Shown piece by piece: positions 1 to 10,199 of a DNA stretch of 50,478 nt. Numbering within the stretch: position 1 is the first letter of the stretch; the number at the start of each line of letters is the position of its first letter. Under the pieces are notes generated by a model. The model saw only the letters and a list, made by a program, of their open reading frames with translations, did no database searches and had not been told where the DNA came from. The position numbers and the translations under genes were made by a program. Origin of the DNA: an uncultured bacterium (GTDB lineage: Bacteria; Verrucomicrobiota; Verrucomicrobiia; Verrucomicrobiales; DEV007); contig CAXBMO010000035.1 of NCBI GenBank assembly GCA_963977015.1, forward strand, positions 1 through 50,478, read 5' to 3'.

Positions 1-842
1 AATTCCATGCGGCCGGTGGGGCCGTAGAGGGCGCGCTGTTCGAGGCCGTTTTCGGTGGCGCACATGACCTCCGGATAAGCGCCCTTTTCAGCGGTCTGAA
101 CCATCGGGGTCTTGGTCATCAGCCACCACGTGATCTTGGTCAAAAGTCCACCGCTGGTGCGGATCAGCGAGGTGGCGGACGAACCGGGATGGCAGACGTA
201 GACCTCGACGTTTCTGTTCGCCGCCTCGACCCGGTCCTGCAGCTCATAGGCAAACATCATCTGCGCCAGCTTGCTCTGGCTGTAGGCGGGGTTGGCGCTG
301 TAGTTCTTGTCCCAGTTCAGGTCGTCGAACTGGATCGTCCTGAGCCCCATCTTGTAGCCGAGGCTGGCGACCACGACGATACGGCCCCGCGACGCCTCGA
401 TCCGGTCGAAGAGCATCCCGCAGAGAACGAAATGGCCGTAGTGGTTGGTGCCGAGTTGGCTTTCGAAACCGTTCACGGTGAGCTTCCGCTTCGGCACCTG
501 GGCGATGGCTGCGTTGCAGATCAGCGCGTCGATCCGCGGAACTTTTTCCAGCACCTCCGACGCCGCTTTCCGCACGGAATCCAGCACGGACAAATCCATG
601 AGCACGAAGGTCACGTCCGCGTCGTCGCCGAATTCCTTTTTCAGGGTCGTGATGGCCGCCGCGGATTTTTCGGCGTTGCGGTTCAGCATCACGACTTTCG
701 CCCCTTTGCTCAGGAGGATCCGCGTCGCCTCGAATCCTGCTCCGGCGTTGGCACCGGTAATGACGTAGGTCTTGCCGGCGAGGGAGCCAAGTCGCTCCGG
801 TGTCCAGCCCTTGAGTCCGAATGGTTGATGGCTTTTTGTCAT
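1..842 (-). CDS. SDR-family NAD(P)-dependent oxidoreductase (retinol-DH/WWOX-like), runs off the window start
   Basis: Absent from the ORF track. Reverse strand from ATG at 842 reads MTKSHQPFGLKGWTPERLGSLAGKTYVITGANAGAGFEATRILLSKGAKVVMLNRN (TGxxxGxG Rossmann motif), later IDALICNAAIAQ and GFESQLGTNHYGHF. Divergent from an AraC gene. Confidence 0.93.
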   Translation of the reverse strand, partial: MTKSHQPFGLKGWTPERLGSLAGKTYVITGANAGAGFEATRILLSKGAKVVMLNRNAEKSAAAITTLKKEFGDDADVTFVLMDLSVLDSVRKAASEVLEKVPRIDALICNAAIAQVPKRKLTVNGFESQLGTNHYGHFVLCGMLFDRIEASRGRIVVVASLGYKMGLRTIQFDDLNWDKNYSANPAYSQSKLAQMMFAYELQDRVEAANRNVEVYVCHPGSSATSLIRTSGGLLTKITWWLMTKTPMVQTAEKGAYPEVMCATENGLEQRALYGPTGRME

Positions 843-971
843 AGTTTGATTTCGGTTACGGGGCGATCCTAAATCTCTTACGTGGCAAAAAATAGGCGTA
901 AAACTCGCGGAAAGTTGCCTGATTGTATCATTCGATGGAGAAATGGCATTTTGTCGTGTTATCGTTTCCAC

Positions 972-1865
972 GTGAGCAAAGTGCAAATCAAGCAACTCAT
1001 CGAAAGCCGCGTCAGCCGAAATGGCCTCATGGAAACCGGTATCAACGGCGTGCAACTCTTCCGCGTCACCGATCCGATCCGCTGCGCTCCGGCCATTTAC
1101 GAACCAACCGTGGTCGCCATCGTCAGCGGGACCAAGGAGGCGATCCTCGACGGTCAGCGCCATGTCTACGACCGCAGCCGCTACCTGTGCTGCACGATGT
1201 CGATGCCAGTCGAGGCGGGGACTCCCTCGGCTTCTCCGGACCATCCACTCCTCGGCGTTTACATCTCCCTCGATACCCGCGTCATGACCGAACTGGCCAT
1301 CGAAATGGAAAGCGCCACCGGAGCGATTCGTAATCCCGGGGGCGGTCCGCTTCCGCAGGGCCTCGCGCTTGCCCGCTGGGACGATGCCTTCACCGAAGCG
1401 CTGCTGCGACTGCTGCAACTGGGCGACAGTCCCGCCGATACCGCAGTCCTCGGCGAAGGTCGCTTGCGGGAACTCTACTACGCGGTTTTGAAGGGCGATG
1501 CCGGGGATTCCGCGCGACGCGCCTTTGGAGTCGGCAATGAAATCGCCCGGGCCATCGCGTCTCTGTCCTCCCGCCTCGACGAAGCGGTCACCATCGAGGA
1601 GTTAGCGGAAAAGGCGGGCATGAGCCGGGCCGTCTTCCACCGCAAATTCAAGCAAGCCACCACGATGTCACCGATCCAGTTCGTGAAGGCGATGCGCCTC
1701 AACCACGCCGCGATGAAGATCGCCGCCGGTATGAATGTCAACGAAGCGGCTTCGCAAGTCGGCTACGTGAGCTCCTCGCAGTTCAGCCGTGAGTTTAAGC
1801 GGATGTACGGGGATTCTCCGAGGCAGTGGAGCCATTCCGTGGAAGGCGTGGGTATTAGGGGATGA
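972..1865 (+). CDS. AraC-family transcriptional regulator (AraC_N/YqhC-like)
   Basis: N-terminal IYEPTVVAIVSGTKE...YLCCTMSMPVE domain. C-terminal double HTH (LAEKAGMSRAVFHRKFK...VGYVSSSQFSREFKRMYGDSP). GTG at 972 chosen as start instead of 882. Confidence 0.93.
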   Translation: MSKVQIKQLIESRVSRNGLMETGINGVQLFRVTDPIRCAPAIYEPTVVAIVSGTKEAILDGQRHVYDRSRYLCCTMSMPVEAGTPSASPDHPLLGVYISLDTRVMTELAIEMESATGAIRNPGGGPLPQGLALARWDDAFTEALLRLLQLGDSPADTAVLGEGRLRELYYAVLKGDAGDSARRAFGVGNEIARAIASLSSRLDEAVTIEELAEKAGMSRAVFHRKFKQATTMSPIQFVKAMRLNHAAMKIAAGMNVNEAASQVGYVSSSQFSREFKRMYGDSPRQWSHSVEGVGIRG

Positions 1866-2149
1866 TGAGGGGAGATTTTTGATCCGTCCGATTCCCGCAC
1901 CCTCTTTTGGCAATCAGGGCAAACCGTCCAGAAGAGCGAATTGCCGGTAGGCGATTTCACGACCCGGCATATCGTTGCGACCCCGGGCGGCTCCGGAAAA
2001 TGGCTCACCCACGGGATCCGGTTCGCCGATGACCCGCCTGATTCAGTAAAGCCCGGCGATCCCGGTGCAGATACCCGACCTGTTAACCTTGATCGAATCC
2101 TGCGCTTGAAAACGGTCGTGTTATTTTCGACAGAACATTACGATTCGAT

Positions 2150-3949
2150 ATGATGAACAAGAAGCTCGTGCATTTAATCACTCTTTTGCCTCTATGGATC
2201 TCCACGGTGAATGCGCAGCCCAACGTGATTGTCATCTTTATGGATGACCTGGGTTACAACGACATCGGTGTGCAGACCTACCCCAGCCAGACGGATTACT
2301 TCCCTAACTCGGGTCCCACGCCTTGGACGAATCATACGGATCCGAATATCCCGGCTCCCAATCAGGCCAGTCTGCTCACACCCGCGATAGATTCTCTGGC
2401 TGCGCAGGGCTTGCGAATGACACAGTTCTACTCATCGCCGAAGTGCTCGCCCTCGCGGGGCAGTTTGCTGACCGGGAGATATGACCGCCGAATCAGCATC
2501 AACAAGGTCTTTTTTCCCAAGGACAATGACGGACTGAACACCACCGAAGTCACCCTGCCCGAATTACTGCGGCAGAATGGTTACCTCACCGGGATGGTTG
2601 GTAAATGGCACCTCGGCTACAATCCGAACAAACCTAACCCCTGGCAAATGATGCCGCTGCGACACGGATTCAGTGAGTTCTTCGGGACACCGCATAGTAA
2701 CGATATGAGCGATTTTCATCTCATCCGCAATGAGACGATCGAGGTTGCCGATTTCAGGTCGGCGACCGAGCAGGCGCAAATCACCTGGCGCTATACGGAA
2801 GCCGCCCTCGACTTCATCCAGCGCAGCAGCATGGGCGACAAACCTTTTTTTCTCTATTTCGCGCACTCCATGACCCATATTCCCTGTTACCCGTCTGACC
2901 GGGAGTTCACCAACGCGGATGGCACAGTCTGGCCAAGATTTCTCGGCTCGAGTGGTGTGAGCCAATATTACGATGTGGTCAGGGAAGTCGATCATAGTGT
3001 TGGGCGCATCCTCGCCAGGCTGGACGATCTGGAGATCGCAAAGGACACGCTGGTTGTTTTCACTTCGGACAACGGGCCGTGGTTGCAACTCGGACGCATG
3101 AATCTTACGAGGCGTTCCGTCGGTTCAGCCTACCCGCTAAAGGATGGCAAAATGACGACCTGGGAAGGGGGATGCAGAGTTCCGTTTCTCGTCCGCTGGC
3201 CAGGGAAGATTCCCGCCAGTACCATTTCGGACGAGGTGGCCGGCCTGGTCGATTTTCTACCTACCTTTGTAGCCATGGCCGGCGGCACCGTGCCTGGCGA
3301 CCGCACGATCGATGGAGTCGACCTCTCCGGCCTCTGGACGGCTCAACCGGGATGGACATCGCCCCGCTCCGCTTACGCACTCTTCGATGGTAAGGGGGAG
3401 TTAGAGGCCGTGATCAAAGGCAGCTGGAAATTGAGAGATGGTAAGCTGTATAATCTGGCTTCCGACATTCAGGAGAACGAGGATCTCGCGGCAGCCGAGC
3501 CGACGGTGCTCGCCGACCTACAGGCGGAGAAAGCCGACATCGCCGCATCGATCAGCTCCGAGTCCAGCCCACGCGGGGTTTTTACTGACTACGAAGTCGC
3601 AATTTCCACCGATGAGGTGCAGGTCGGCGAGGGTGATACTGCGACATTCAAGGTTCAGCTATCCGCCGACCCCGGCAAGACTGTGGTGGTTTCGGTGGCG
3701 CACTTCAGTGGCGATGAAGATCTCTCAGTTTCCGCGGGTGCGAGCCTGACTTTCACTTCCGACAATTGGAGCACACCCCGGACCGTGACGTTGGCAGCGG
3801 CACAGGATGCGGATAAAGGTCATTCCGGTGCGAGATTCCGCCTGACTACAGATGACATTTTCCAGGTGCGCGAACTTTTTGCCTTTGAAGTGGATGATGA
3901 TGCTGCAACTGTCCACGAAACTTCGCTGGATTCACCGCCGACATTTTAA
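2150..3949 (+). CDS. Secreted Cys-type sulfatase (S1) with C-terminal Calx-beta/Ig-like domain
   Basis: Signal peptide, PNVIVIFMDDLG, CSPSRGSLLTGR, GKWHLG, FTSDNG, EGGCRVP. C-terminal VGEGDTATFKVQLS...LTFTSDNWSTPRTVTLAAAQDAD. Confidence 0.92.
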   Translation: MMNKKLVHLITLLPLWISTVNAQPNVIVIFMDDLGYNDIGVQTYPSQTDYFPNSGPTPWTNHTDPNIPAPNQASLLTPAIDSLAAQGLRMTQFYSSPKCSPSRGSLLTGRYDRRISINKVFFPKDNDGLNTTEVTLPELLRQNGYLTGMVGKWHLGYNPNKPNPWQMMPLRHGFSEFFGTPHSNDMSDFHLIRNETIEVADFRSATEQAQITWRYTEAALDFIQRSSMGDKPFFLYFAHSMTHIPCYPSDREFTNADGTVWPRFLGSSGVSQYYDVVREVDHSVGRILARLDDLEIAKDTLVVFTSDNGPWLQLGRMNLTRRSVGSAYPLKDGKMTTWEGGCRVPFLVRWPGKIPASTISDEVAGLVDFLPTFVAMAGGTVPGDRTIDGVDLSGLWTAQPGWTSPRSAYALFDGKGELEAVIKGSWKLRDGKLYNLASDIQENEDLAAAEPTVLADLQAEKADIAASISSESSPRGVFTDYEVAISTDEVQVGEGDTATFKVQLSADPGKTVVVSVAHFSGDEDLSVSAGASLTFTSDNWSTPRTVTLAAAQDADKGHSGARFRLTTDDIFQVRELFAFEVDDDAATVHETSLDSPPTF

Positions 3950-3977
3950 GCCTCAGAAAACACTTGAGGAAATGCCC

Positions 3978-5537
3978 ATGAGAATCGCCATCTACCTTCT
4001 ATTTCTCACCCTATCCGCTACAGTTGCTTTTGCAGACACGCAGCAGGAGAAGAAAAACATCATCTTCATCCTTGCCGATGACATGGCTTATCGTGACCTT
4101 AGCTGTCTCGGGCAGGAACACTTTGCAACACCCAATATCGACCGCCTCGCGAATGAAGGCCGTATCTTCACGAATGCCTATACCGGAGGTCCCTGGTGTG
4201 CTCCTTCCCGCACCTCTCTTCTATTAGGGAGGAACGGCATGAACTTTTTACCCACCAGGGACGAAGAGGGAAACGTAAGTTTTCGCCCCACAGTCGCAAA
4301 CATTCTCAAAAAGGGCGGCTACAGCTCTTGTGTTCTGGGCAAGTGGCACATGAGCGAAGGACAGGATAGCTGGGCCTTGAAGGTGAAAGATCACGAAGAT
4401 TTGTGTAGAAAAACGAATTGGTCGCAGATGCCCTGGAATAGAGGCTTTGATGTGAGTCGCATAGGATATAGAGCTGGGTTTGACAGCAGGCACGGTAACC
4501 CCTATTTCCCTCAGATCATTGAAACAGGAGACTATGAACACATCACCATCCCCGAGAACCAACACATCGATGGTAAACACATCTGGAAGCCCAATAACTA
4601 TAATGAGAAGGCTCAATTCATCGACAAGAACGGGCATGATGCTACAAAACTGATGTATAGCGAAACGTTTTACCGCAAAGAAGCGGTGAAATTCATGCAG
4701 GAGCGTAGTGAGTCGCCGTTCTTTTTGTTTTATGCGAGTCCACTGGTGCACAGCCCCATACAGACTCCCGATTATTCCAAATTTAAGGACAAAGAATCCT
4801 GGCCCTTGGTCCACAAAGTCTATGCTTCCATGGTTGAAGAGTTGGATCAAAGTGTAGGCGTTCTCCTTGATGAAGTTCATGCGCTGGGTCTTTCAAAAAG
4901 CACTCTGATCATCTTTGCTTCCGACAATGGGTATTCGGGGTACACCGTGATAAAATCCATGCTCCCGAAAGATCGTCGGTACGAGGAACGCCGCCACAAT
5001 GACGATCCAATATTTCAGAACAAAGGTGAGTGGTGTCAAAGTAAGTTCAGCACCATGAATGGAGGTGTTATCGTCCCCTTTATTGCCTGGTGTCCCGAAA
5101 CCGTGCCTGCGGGAACAAAAACAAATCGCGCGATCAACTTCTGCGACTTCATGGCTACTGCCGCTGAAATTGCAGGCGTTGAACTCGGTCCCGGAGAAAC
5201 TGATGGCGTCAGTTTCCTGCCATTGTTAGAGGGCCGTGATGCCTCACAAAAAGTGCGCCCGAGTATGATATGGCCCCGTAGCACTTCGAGTTTTTACAAT
5301 GGTTTAAGCGTTCGCGATTACAACAAAAACGCATCGCCCGACGAGCGTGTTATTCCCAATGCGGCCTTACTCGATGAACGCTGGTATGCAATTGATGTGA
5401 ACAAGTCGATTTATATATTTGATACTTTTAAAGACCCCGGCATGAGAAATGATATTTCTATGGAAAGAACAGATCTTTTGTCTAAAGCCAAAGAGGCCTT
5501 TGCTTCTTTGCCGGCCTCAGAGCGAGAATATCCGTGA
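3978..5537 (+). CDS. Secreted Cys-type sulfatase (divergent, AT-richer gene)
   Basis: GAGGA 7 nt upstream of ATG 3978. Signal peptide, NIIFILADDM, CAPSRTSLLLGR, GKWHM, FASDNG. Confidence 0.92.
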   Translation: MRIAIYLLFLTLSATVAFADTQQEKKNIIFILADDMAYRDLSCLGQEHFATPNIDRLANEGRIFTNAYTGGPWCAPSRTSLLLGRNGMNFLPTRDEEGNVSFRPTVANILKKGGYSSCVLGKWHMSEGQDSWALKVKDHEDLCRKTNWSQMPWNRGFDVSRIGYRAGFDSRHGNPYFPQIIETGDYEHITIPENQHIDGKHIWKPNNYNEKAQFIDKNGHDATKLMYSETFYRKEAVKFMQERSESPFFLFYASPLVHSPIQTPDYSKFKDKESWPLVHKVYASMVEELDQSVGVLLDEVHALGLSKSTLIIFASDNGYSGYTVIKSMLPKDRRYEERRHNDDPIFQNKGEWCQSKFSTMNGGVIVPFIAWCPETVPAGTKTNRAINFCDFMATAAEIAGVELGPGETDGVSFLPLLEGRDASQKVRPSMIWPRSTSSFYNGLSVRDYNKNASPDERVIPNAALLDERWYAIDVNKSIYIFDTFKDPGMRNDISMERTDLLSKAKEAFASLPASEREYP

Positions 5538-5693
5538 TGCGGATTGCTCATCGACAGATGTAGGAGGCTATTCGAATCTGCTCCTCTACTTTTTCATGAG
5601 GCAAACACTAACGATTCGCCTGATTCAATTGTTTCGCTCCACCAAGTCAGCCTGATCAGGCGCACCCACCGTCCATTAACCACTTTATCCACC

Positions 5694-7085
5694 ATGAAAC
5701 GCTTTCTTCTCGTTCACCTGTTTGCCCTACTGTCCGTTTTATCTCTCTCCGCGGATCAGCCCAACGTAATCGTCTTTCTCATCGATGATCTCGGCGGCAG
5801 AGATGTTGGATGTTACGGCTCCACCTTCCACGAAACCCCTCACATCGACAAACTGGCGAAAAACGGCGTGATCTTCACCCAGGCTTACTCCGCCCATGCC
5901 GTCTGCTCCCCGACCCGGGCGGCATTGATGACCGGCAAAGCGCCACAACGCGTCGGCATCACCAGCTGGATCAACCAGCCATCGAAAAAAACGTTGCCCA
6001 AGGAAGAAACCACCATCGCCGAGGCGTTCAAATCCGCTGGCTATCAGACCGGCTACACCGGCAAATGGCACCTCGGGGAAAAAGACGACCAGCTACCCAC
6101 ATCCCACGGCTTCACCTGGATGAAAGCCACCAACCGCGCCGGCCAGCCTGCGAGTTATTTCTATCCCTACACCAAGGAGAGCAAACGCGGCAACTACTGG
6201 GATGTGCCCGATCTGGCCGATGGCAAAGAAGGCGACTACCTTACCGACGCCCTGACCACTCAGGCACTGGGCTTCATCGATGCCAACAAGGAAAAACCCT
6301 TCTTCCTCCAGATCGCCCACTACGCGGTTCACGCTCCTATTCAATCACCGAAAGAACTGGTGGAAAAGTATCGCCAGAAACGCGAAAAACTCTACGGCGA
6401 CAGCGTTGTCCCCGGGATTCCGGAGCGCTACGAGACCGTCTCACGCGGTCGCCAAGACAACGCCGCCTACGCAGCGATGGTGGAAAGCCTCGATACCAAC
6501 GTCGGCCGCGTCATCGACTACCTCGAAGAATTGGGGCTCACCGAGAAAACCATCATTGTCTTCACCTCTGACAACGGCGGCTACTGTCACCTGATCAAAA
6601 AGCCCGGCGCCACCTGCAACCTCCCGCTCCGCTCAGGCAAGGGGTGGAACTATGAAGGCGGCATCCGCATCCCCACCATCATCACCTGGCCGGGAAAAAT
6701 CACCGCGCGCAGCTCGGACACACCGTGCATCACCATGGACCTCTTCCCCACCTTGTTAGAACTGACCGGCCAACCACTGATGCCGGAGCAACATCTAGAC
6801 GGACACTCTCTCGCCTCTGACCTCAATGAGAATCCTGACGACATCCTCAAGTCACGCGCCCTCTACTGGACCTACCCGCACGGCCACGGCTCCGGCCACA
6901 GACCGTCCCACGCCATCCGCAAGGACAACTGGAAACTCATCCACTTCGAGAAGGGAAAAACCTACGAACTCTACAACCTTGCCGACGATCTCGGTGAGAA
7001 AAATGACCTCGCAGAACAATACCCCGAAAAGGTGCATGCCCTGGATCAAGAACTCATGCAATGGGTCAGCGACACCAATAAGTAG
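5694..7085 (+). CDS. Secreted Cys-type sulfatase (N-acetylgalactosamine-6-sulfatase/arylsulfatase A-like)
   Basis: MKRFLLVHLFALLSVLSLSA signal, PNVIVFLIDDLG, CSPTRAALMTG, GKWHLG, HYAVHAP, FTSDNGG, YEGGIRIP, ELYNLADDLGEKNDL. Confidence 0.95.
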   Translation: MKRFLLVHLFALLSVLSLSADQPNVIVFLIDDLGGRDVGCYGSTFHETPHIDKLAKNGVIFTQAYSAHAVCSPTRAALMTGKAPQRVGITSWINQPSKKTLPKEETTIAEAFKSAGYQTGYTGKWHLGEKDDQLPTSHGFTWMKATNRAGQPASYFYPYTKESKRGNYWDVPDLADGKEGDYLTDALTTQALGFIDANKEKPFFLQIAHYAVHAPIQSPKELVEKYRQKREKLYGDSVVPGIPERYETVSRGRQDNAAYAAMVESLDTNVGRVIDYLEELGLTEKTIIVFTSDNGGYCHLIKKPGATCNLPLRSGKGWNYEGGIRIPTIITWPGKITARSSDTPCITMDLFPTLLELTGQPLMPEQHLDGHSLASDLNENPDDILKSRALYWTYPHGHGSGHRPSHAIRKDNWKLIHFEKGKTYELYNLADDLGEKNDLAEQYPEKVHALDQELMQWVSDTNK

Positions 7086-7139
7086 AGGTTGAAGCAATGC
7101 AGCTCTTGTAGATTTCTGTTGAACCGTATCATGTCGACC

Positions 7140-9917
7140 ATGCGTTACCTCATTATCTTCTCCCTGCTCGCCACCAGCGCTCTTGCCTCTCCGGAATTTC
7201 TTTCCTTTGAGGAAGAACAGCCCTCCGAAGTAACCGCCGAGAGCGGCAAGCTCAGCGTGACCACGGCGCACCTGCAAGATGGCAAGCAGTCCCTGTGCTG
7301 GGAATTCCAGGACGGGGATGCCTTGGTCTTCCACACCGGACCGCTTGGCGATGTCAACCGGCGTGTTGGCTACGGTGGATATTCGCGATCCGCTTTGATC
7401 CTGCCGCTCTACCTTACGGAGCTCAGCGATGGTCATTTACTCGTTGAGGTCCGCGCCGGCGATGAGACCGCCGCCACCATCACCGTGCCGTTCGCCCACG
7501 TTGGGTGGCAAAAGCTCGCCTACCATTACACCTGGAAATCCAGAATGAATTGGTCCAACATCAAACTGCGCGGAAAAATCGACAACCTCCGGATTTCTGC
7601 CCACGGCCTGGACAAAGCAACCAGCGCCTACTTCGATGCGATCCAACCTCACACAACCATCGATTTCCGCCGTGCCAACGACGCCATTACCGCCCCCTGG
7701 AAACCATTTCAGCCCGACTTCTCCCAACTGCCGGATCCCAGCGAGGAAGACCTCGCCAAACTGGACAAGCTGACCGCGCTGTGTGTGCCCCAGCCGAACC
7801 CGAAAACCTCCCGCGCCCACTGGGAAAAGCGCCTTGCCAGCCACGACGAACTCATTCATTCCTCCGGCTGGAAAAAAGGCCACCCGCTAACGGTGGATAT
7901 CAGGAAATGTTTCGGCCTGCTTAACACTATCGCCAACGACTGGAATATCTGCGCCGACCCCGAGCTGAAACCCCAACTCGCTGCACGCTTCCACACCGTC
8001 AACGACTGGCTCCAGGAACAAGGGCTCGTAGTCAACGGTGCCTTTGGACGTTACACGAACTACCATGGCCGGACTTACGTTGATGCCGTCACCAAAATGC
8101 GCGACCCGCTGGCGCAGCACGGCACTCTGGAGGCCTCTATCAATTACATCAAATGGTCGTACAGCTATAGCGGCAGTTTTCGGGCGAAAAACTTTACCCA
8201 ATCGATGGATTACTTCCACAACAATGCCTTCCGCATGCTGCGCATCGCTCTCAGCCACGCCGACCCCGTCGAGCGCTGGCACCACGTCAATATCTATCGC
8301 GACGTGCTCGGCAAGCAAATCCTCGCCTCGATCAAACCCGATGGCTCTATCTTCCACCACGGCTTTCATTACTTCGCCTACGGCTCGATGGGCATGAACG
8401 ACGTCTCTGATCTGCTCGCCATCTTCTCCGCTGCCGATCTGCCAGTGGCCGAAACCGCCATCGACAAGGTCCGGCTCGCGGTGATGCAAATGCGTTGGTA
8501 TTCCGGCAGCACCACCCTCTGGTCGTTGAGCGGACGTTCTGCTTCTGGCAAGCTGAGAGTCCCCACCGGTGCGTTTCTGAGCCTCGCCAAAGCCTACGCC
8601 CCCTACCGCGACGGCAAATGGGACCCCGAGATGGTCGCTGCCTATCTACGCTTCAACCCGAACGCCGCCGAACAACCAATGTTCGGAGGCTACCAACCGG
8701 AACCCTCGCCCACCGGCTTCAACGTCATGCCCTACGCCAACCTCGCCATGCACCGCCGTGATGACTGGCTGGCCGGCGTCAAAGGCTTCTCAAAGTACGC
8801 CGCCTCCGGAGAGAGCTACGCGGGTGACAATCGCTACGGCCTCTGGATGTCCATGGGGCAGCTCGAACTGCTTTCGCACCCCACGCCACTGGTCACCGTG
8901 CACGGCTCGGGCACCCGCCCGGATGAAGGCTACAACTGGTGCGCCATCGAAGGCACGACCACCATCCACACCCCACTGGAAAACATCGCCAATGGCAACG
9001 GCACCCGTCACCCGCGCCAACCCTGCACCTTTGTCGGTGGCCTCGGTAACGGGCGCAACGGCGTCTTCACCATGCCGCTCGATTTCGACACCAAAAATAT
9101 CATGCCCAAAGGTGCCTCGGCCCCCGCACCGTTGCAGGCACTCAAATCCTGGTTCTTTTTCGACGATCGCATCGTCTGCCTCGGCTCCAACATCTCCACC
9201 CAAAATGGCAGCTTCCCCGTCCGCACCAACCTGTTCCAGAAATTCCTCACCGATGCCTTCACGACCACCGTGGCCAACGGCGAAAAACTCACCCTTGCTG
9301 CCACTACGACCGTGCGCGATTTCTCCGACGGCGCAACGATGGTCGATCCCTACGGCAACGCCTACTTTGTGAATCGTGAAAACAGCGTGCACCTGGAAAT
9401 CAGCGAGCAGAAATCCCGCGACAGCAACGACAAAGAGGACACCGCCGGCAACTACGCCACCGCCTGGATCGAACACGGCATCGATCCGCAAAACTCCACT
9501 TACCAATACAGCATTCTCGTGCAGCCGGACGAGGAGGCGCTCGAATCCTTCGATCCCGACAGCGCATTCTCGGTGCTGCTGCAGGACGACAAGGCGCACG
9601 TCGTTCACGACAACGCCACCCACACCACCGCCTACGTCATCTTCGACAAGGACGCCAGCCTGCCGGAAAATACGCCCTTGCTCAAGGTCAACCAAGCCTG
9701 CCTGGTGATGATCGAAGAGCTTGGTGACCACCTCAAGGTTTCCGTGACCAACCCGGATCTCAAGGCCGGGAACGCCGAACCAATTCAACTCACCTTGGAC
9801 GGCTCATTTACCAGCGAAGGGCAGCTCGTATCGGACAAGGACGGCAACACCCAACTGACAATCCCCATCATTGCGGCAGAACCCCAAACGCTCCGTCTCG
9901 ACCGGAACGCCCCATGA
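7140..9917 (+). CDS. Polysaccharide lyase family 8, chondroitinase ABC-like
   Basis: Signal peptide. N-terminal LSFEE...LSVTTAHLQDGKQSLCWEF (Lyase_N-like). Catalytic-type KPDGSIFHHGFHYFAYG, LSGR and GESY motifs. HRRDDWLAGVKGFSKY, KSWFFFDDRIVCLGSNI, AWIEHG...YQYSILV and VSVTNPDL are typical of PL8 central/C-terminal domains. Confidence 0.9.
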   Translation: MRYLIIFSLLATSALASPEFLSFEEEQPSEVTAESGKLSVTTAHLQDGKQSLCWEFQDGDALVFHTGPLGDVNRRVGYGGYSRSALILPLYLTELSDGHLLVEVRAGDETAATITVPFAHVGWQKLAYHYTWKSRMNWSNIKLRGKIDNLRISAHGLDKATSAYFDAIQPHTTIDFRRANDAITAPWKPFQPDFSQLPDPSEEDLAKLDKLTALCVPQPNPKTSRAHWEKRLASHDELIHSSGWKKGHPLTVDIRKCFGLLNTIANDWNICADPELKPQLAARFHTVNDWLQEQGLVVNGAFGRYTNYHGRTYVDAVTKMRDPLAQHGTLEASINYIKWSYSYSGSFRAKNFTQSMDYFHNNAFRMLRIALSHADPVERWHHVNIYRDVLGKQILASIKPDGSIFHHGFHYFAYGSMGMNDVSDLLAIFSAADLPVAETAIDKVRLAVMQMRWYSGSTTLWSLSGRSASGKLRVPTGAFLSLAKAYAPYRDGKWDPEMVAAYLRFNPNAAEQPMFGGYQPEPSPTGFNVMPYANLAMHRRDDWLAGVKGFSKYAASGESYAGDNRYGLWMSMGQLELLSHPTPLVTVHGSGTRPDEGYNWCAIEGTTTIHTPLENIANGNGTRHPRQPCTFVGGLGNGRNGVFTMPLDFDTKNIMPKGASAPAPLQALKSWFFFDDRIVCLGSNISTQNGSFPVRTNLFQKFLTDAFTTTVANGEKLTLAATTTVRDFSDGATMVDPYGNAYFVNRENSVHLEISEQKSRDSNDKEDTAGNYATAWIEHGIDPQNSTYQYSILVQPDEEALESFDPDSAFSVLLQDDKAHVVHDNATHTTAYVIFDKDASLPENTPLLKVNQACLVMIEELGDHLKVSVTNPDLKAGNAEPIQLTLDGSFTSEGQLVSDKDGNTQLTIPIIAAEPQTLRLDRNAP

Positions 9918-9990
9918 GACTTTGTGATAAGAAATTCATCAGGATGATGCGGAAGCAACGCTTGTTTGTCGTTTCATTGCCAGGTTAGGT

Positions 9991-10196
9991 TCATGGTGCG
10001 CCCGAAGTATCGTGAACTCACGGGTGGCACCGCGGTTGGTCGGGATGGTGAGTGTCGTTTGTCCATCGTTATGGGACAGCTCAACGTCGGTCTCTCGCTC
10101 GAGGTTCCATGTGCCCTCGAGGGTGATGGTGGTGGCCGGATACAGGTTGGTTGCTTGTGTCGGTAAGGCTGAGCCTGAATATGTCGAGACCGGGTT
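9991..10196 (-). pseudogene. Frameshifted C-terminal remnant of a second PL8-type lyase
   Basis: Reverse strand reads ...YPATTITLEGTWNLERETDVELSHNDGQTTLTIPTNRGATREFTILR. This parallels the intact neighbour's tail NPDL...EPIQLTLDGSF...DKDGNTQLTIPIIAAEPQTLRL. aacccgg-tctc matches aacccggatctc (NPDL) with a 1-nt deletion. Confidence 0.6.
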
Positions 10197-10199
10197 TTT

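Noticed and set aside
189-872. 227-aa plus-strand ORF
   Set aside because: Antisense shadow of the minus-strand SDR gene, which carries the real motifs.
892-930. Possible AraC operator (ttgcctgattgtatca) between the SDR and AraC genes
   Set aside because: Plausible position, but no convincing second half-site.
1941-2153. 70-aa ORF upstream of the first sulfatase
   Set aside because: TTG start, no motif and no supporting evidence. Could be a remnant, but I cannot support it.
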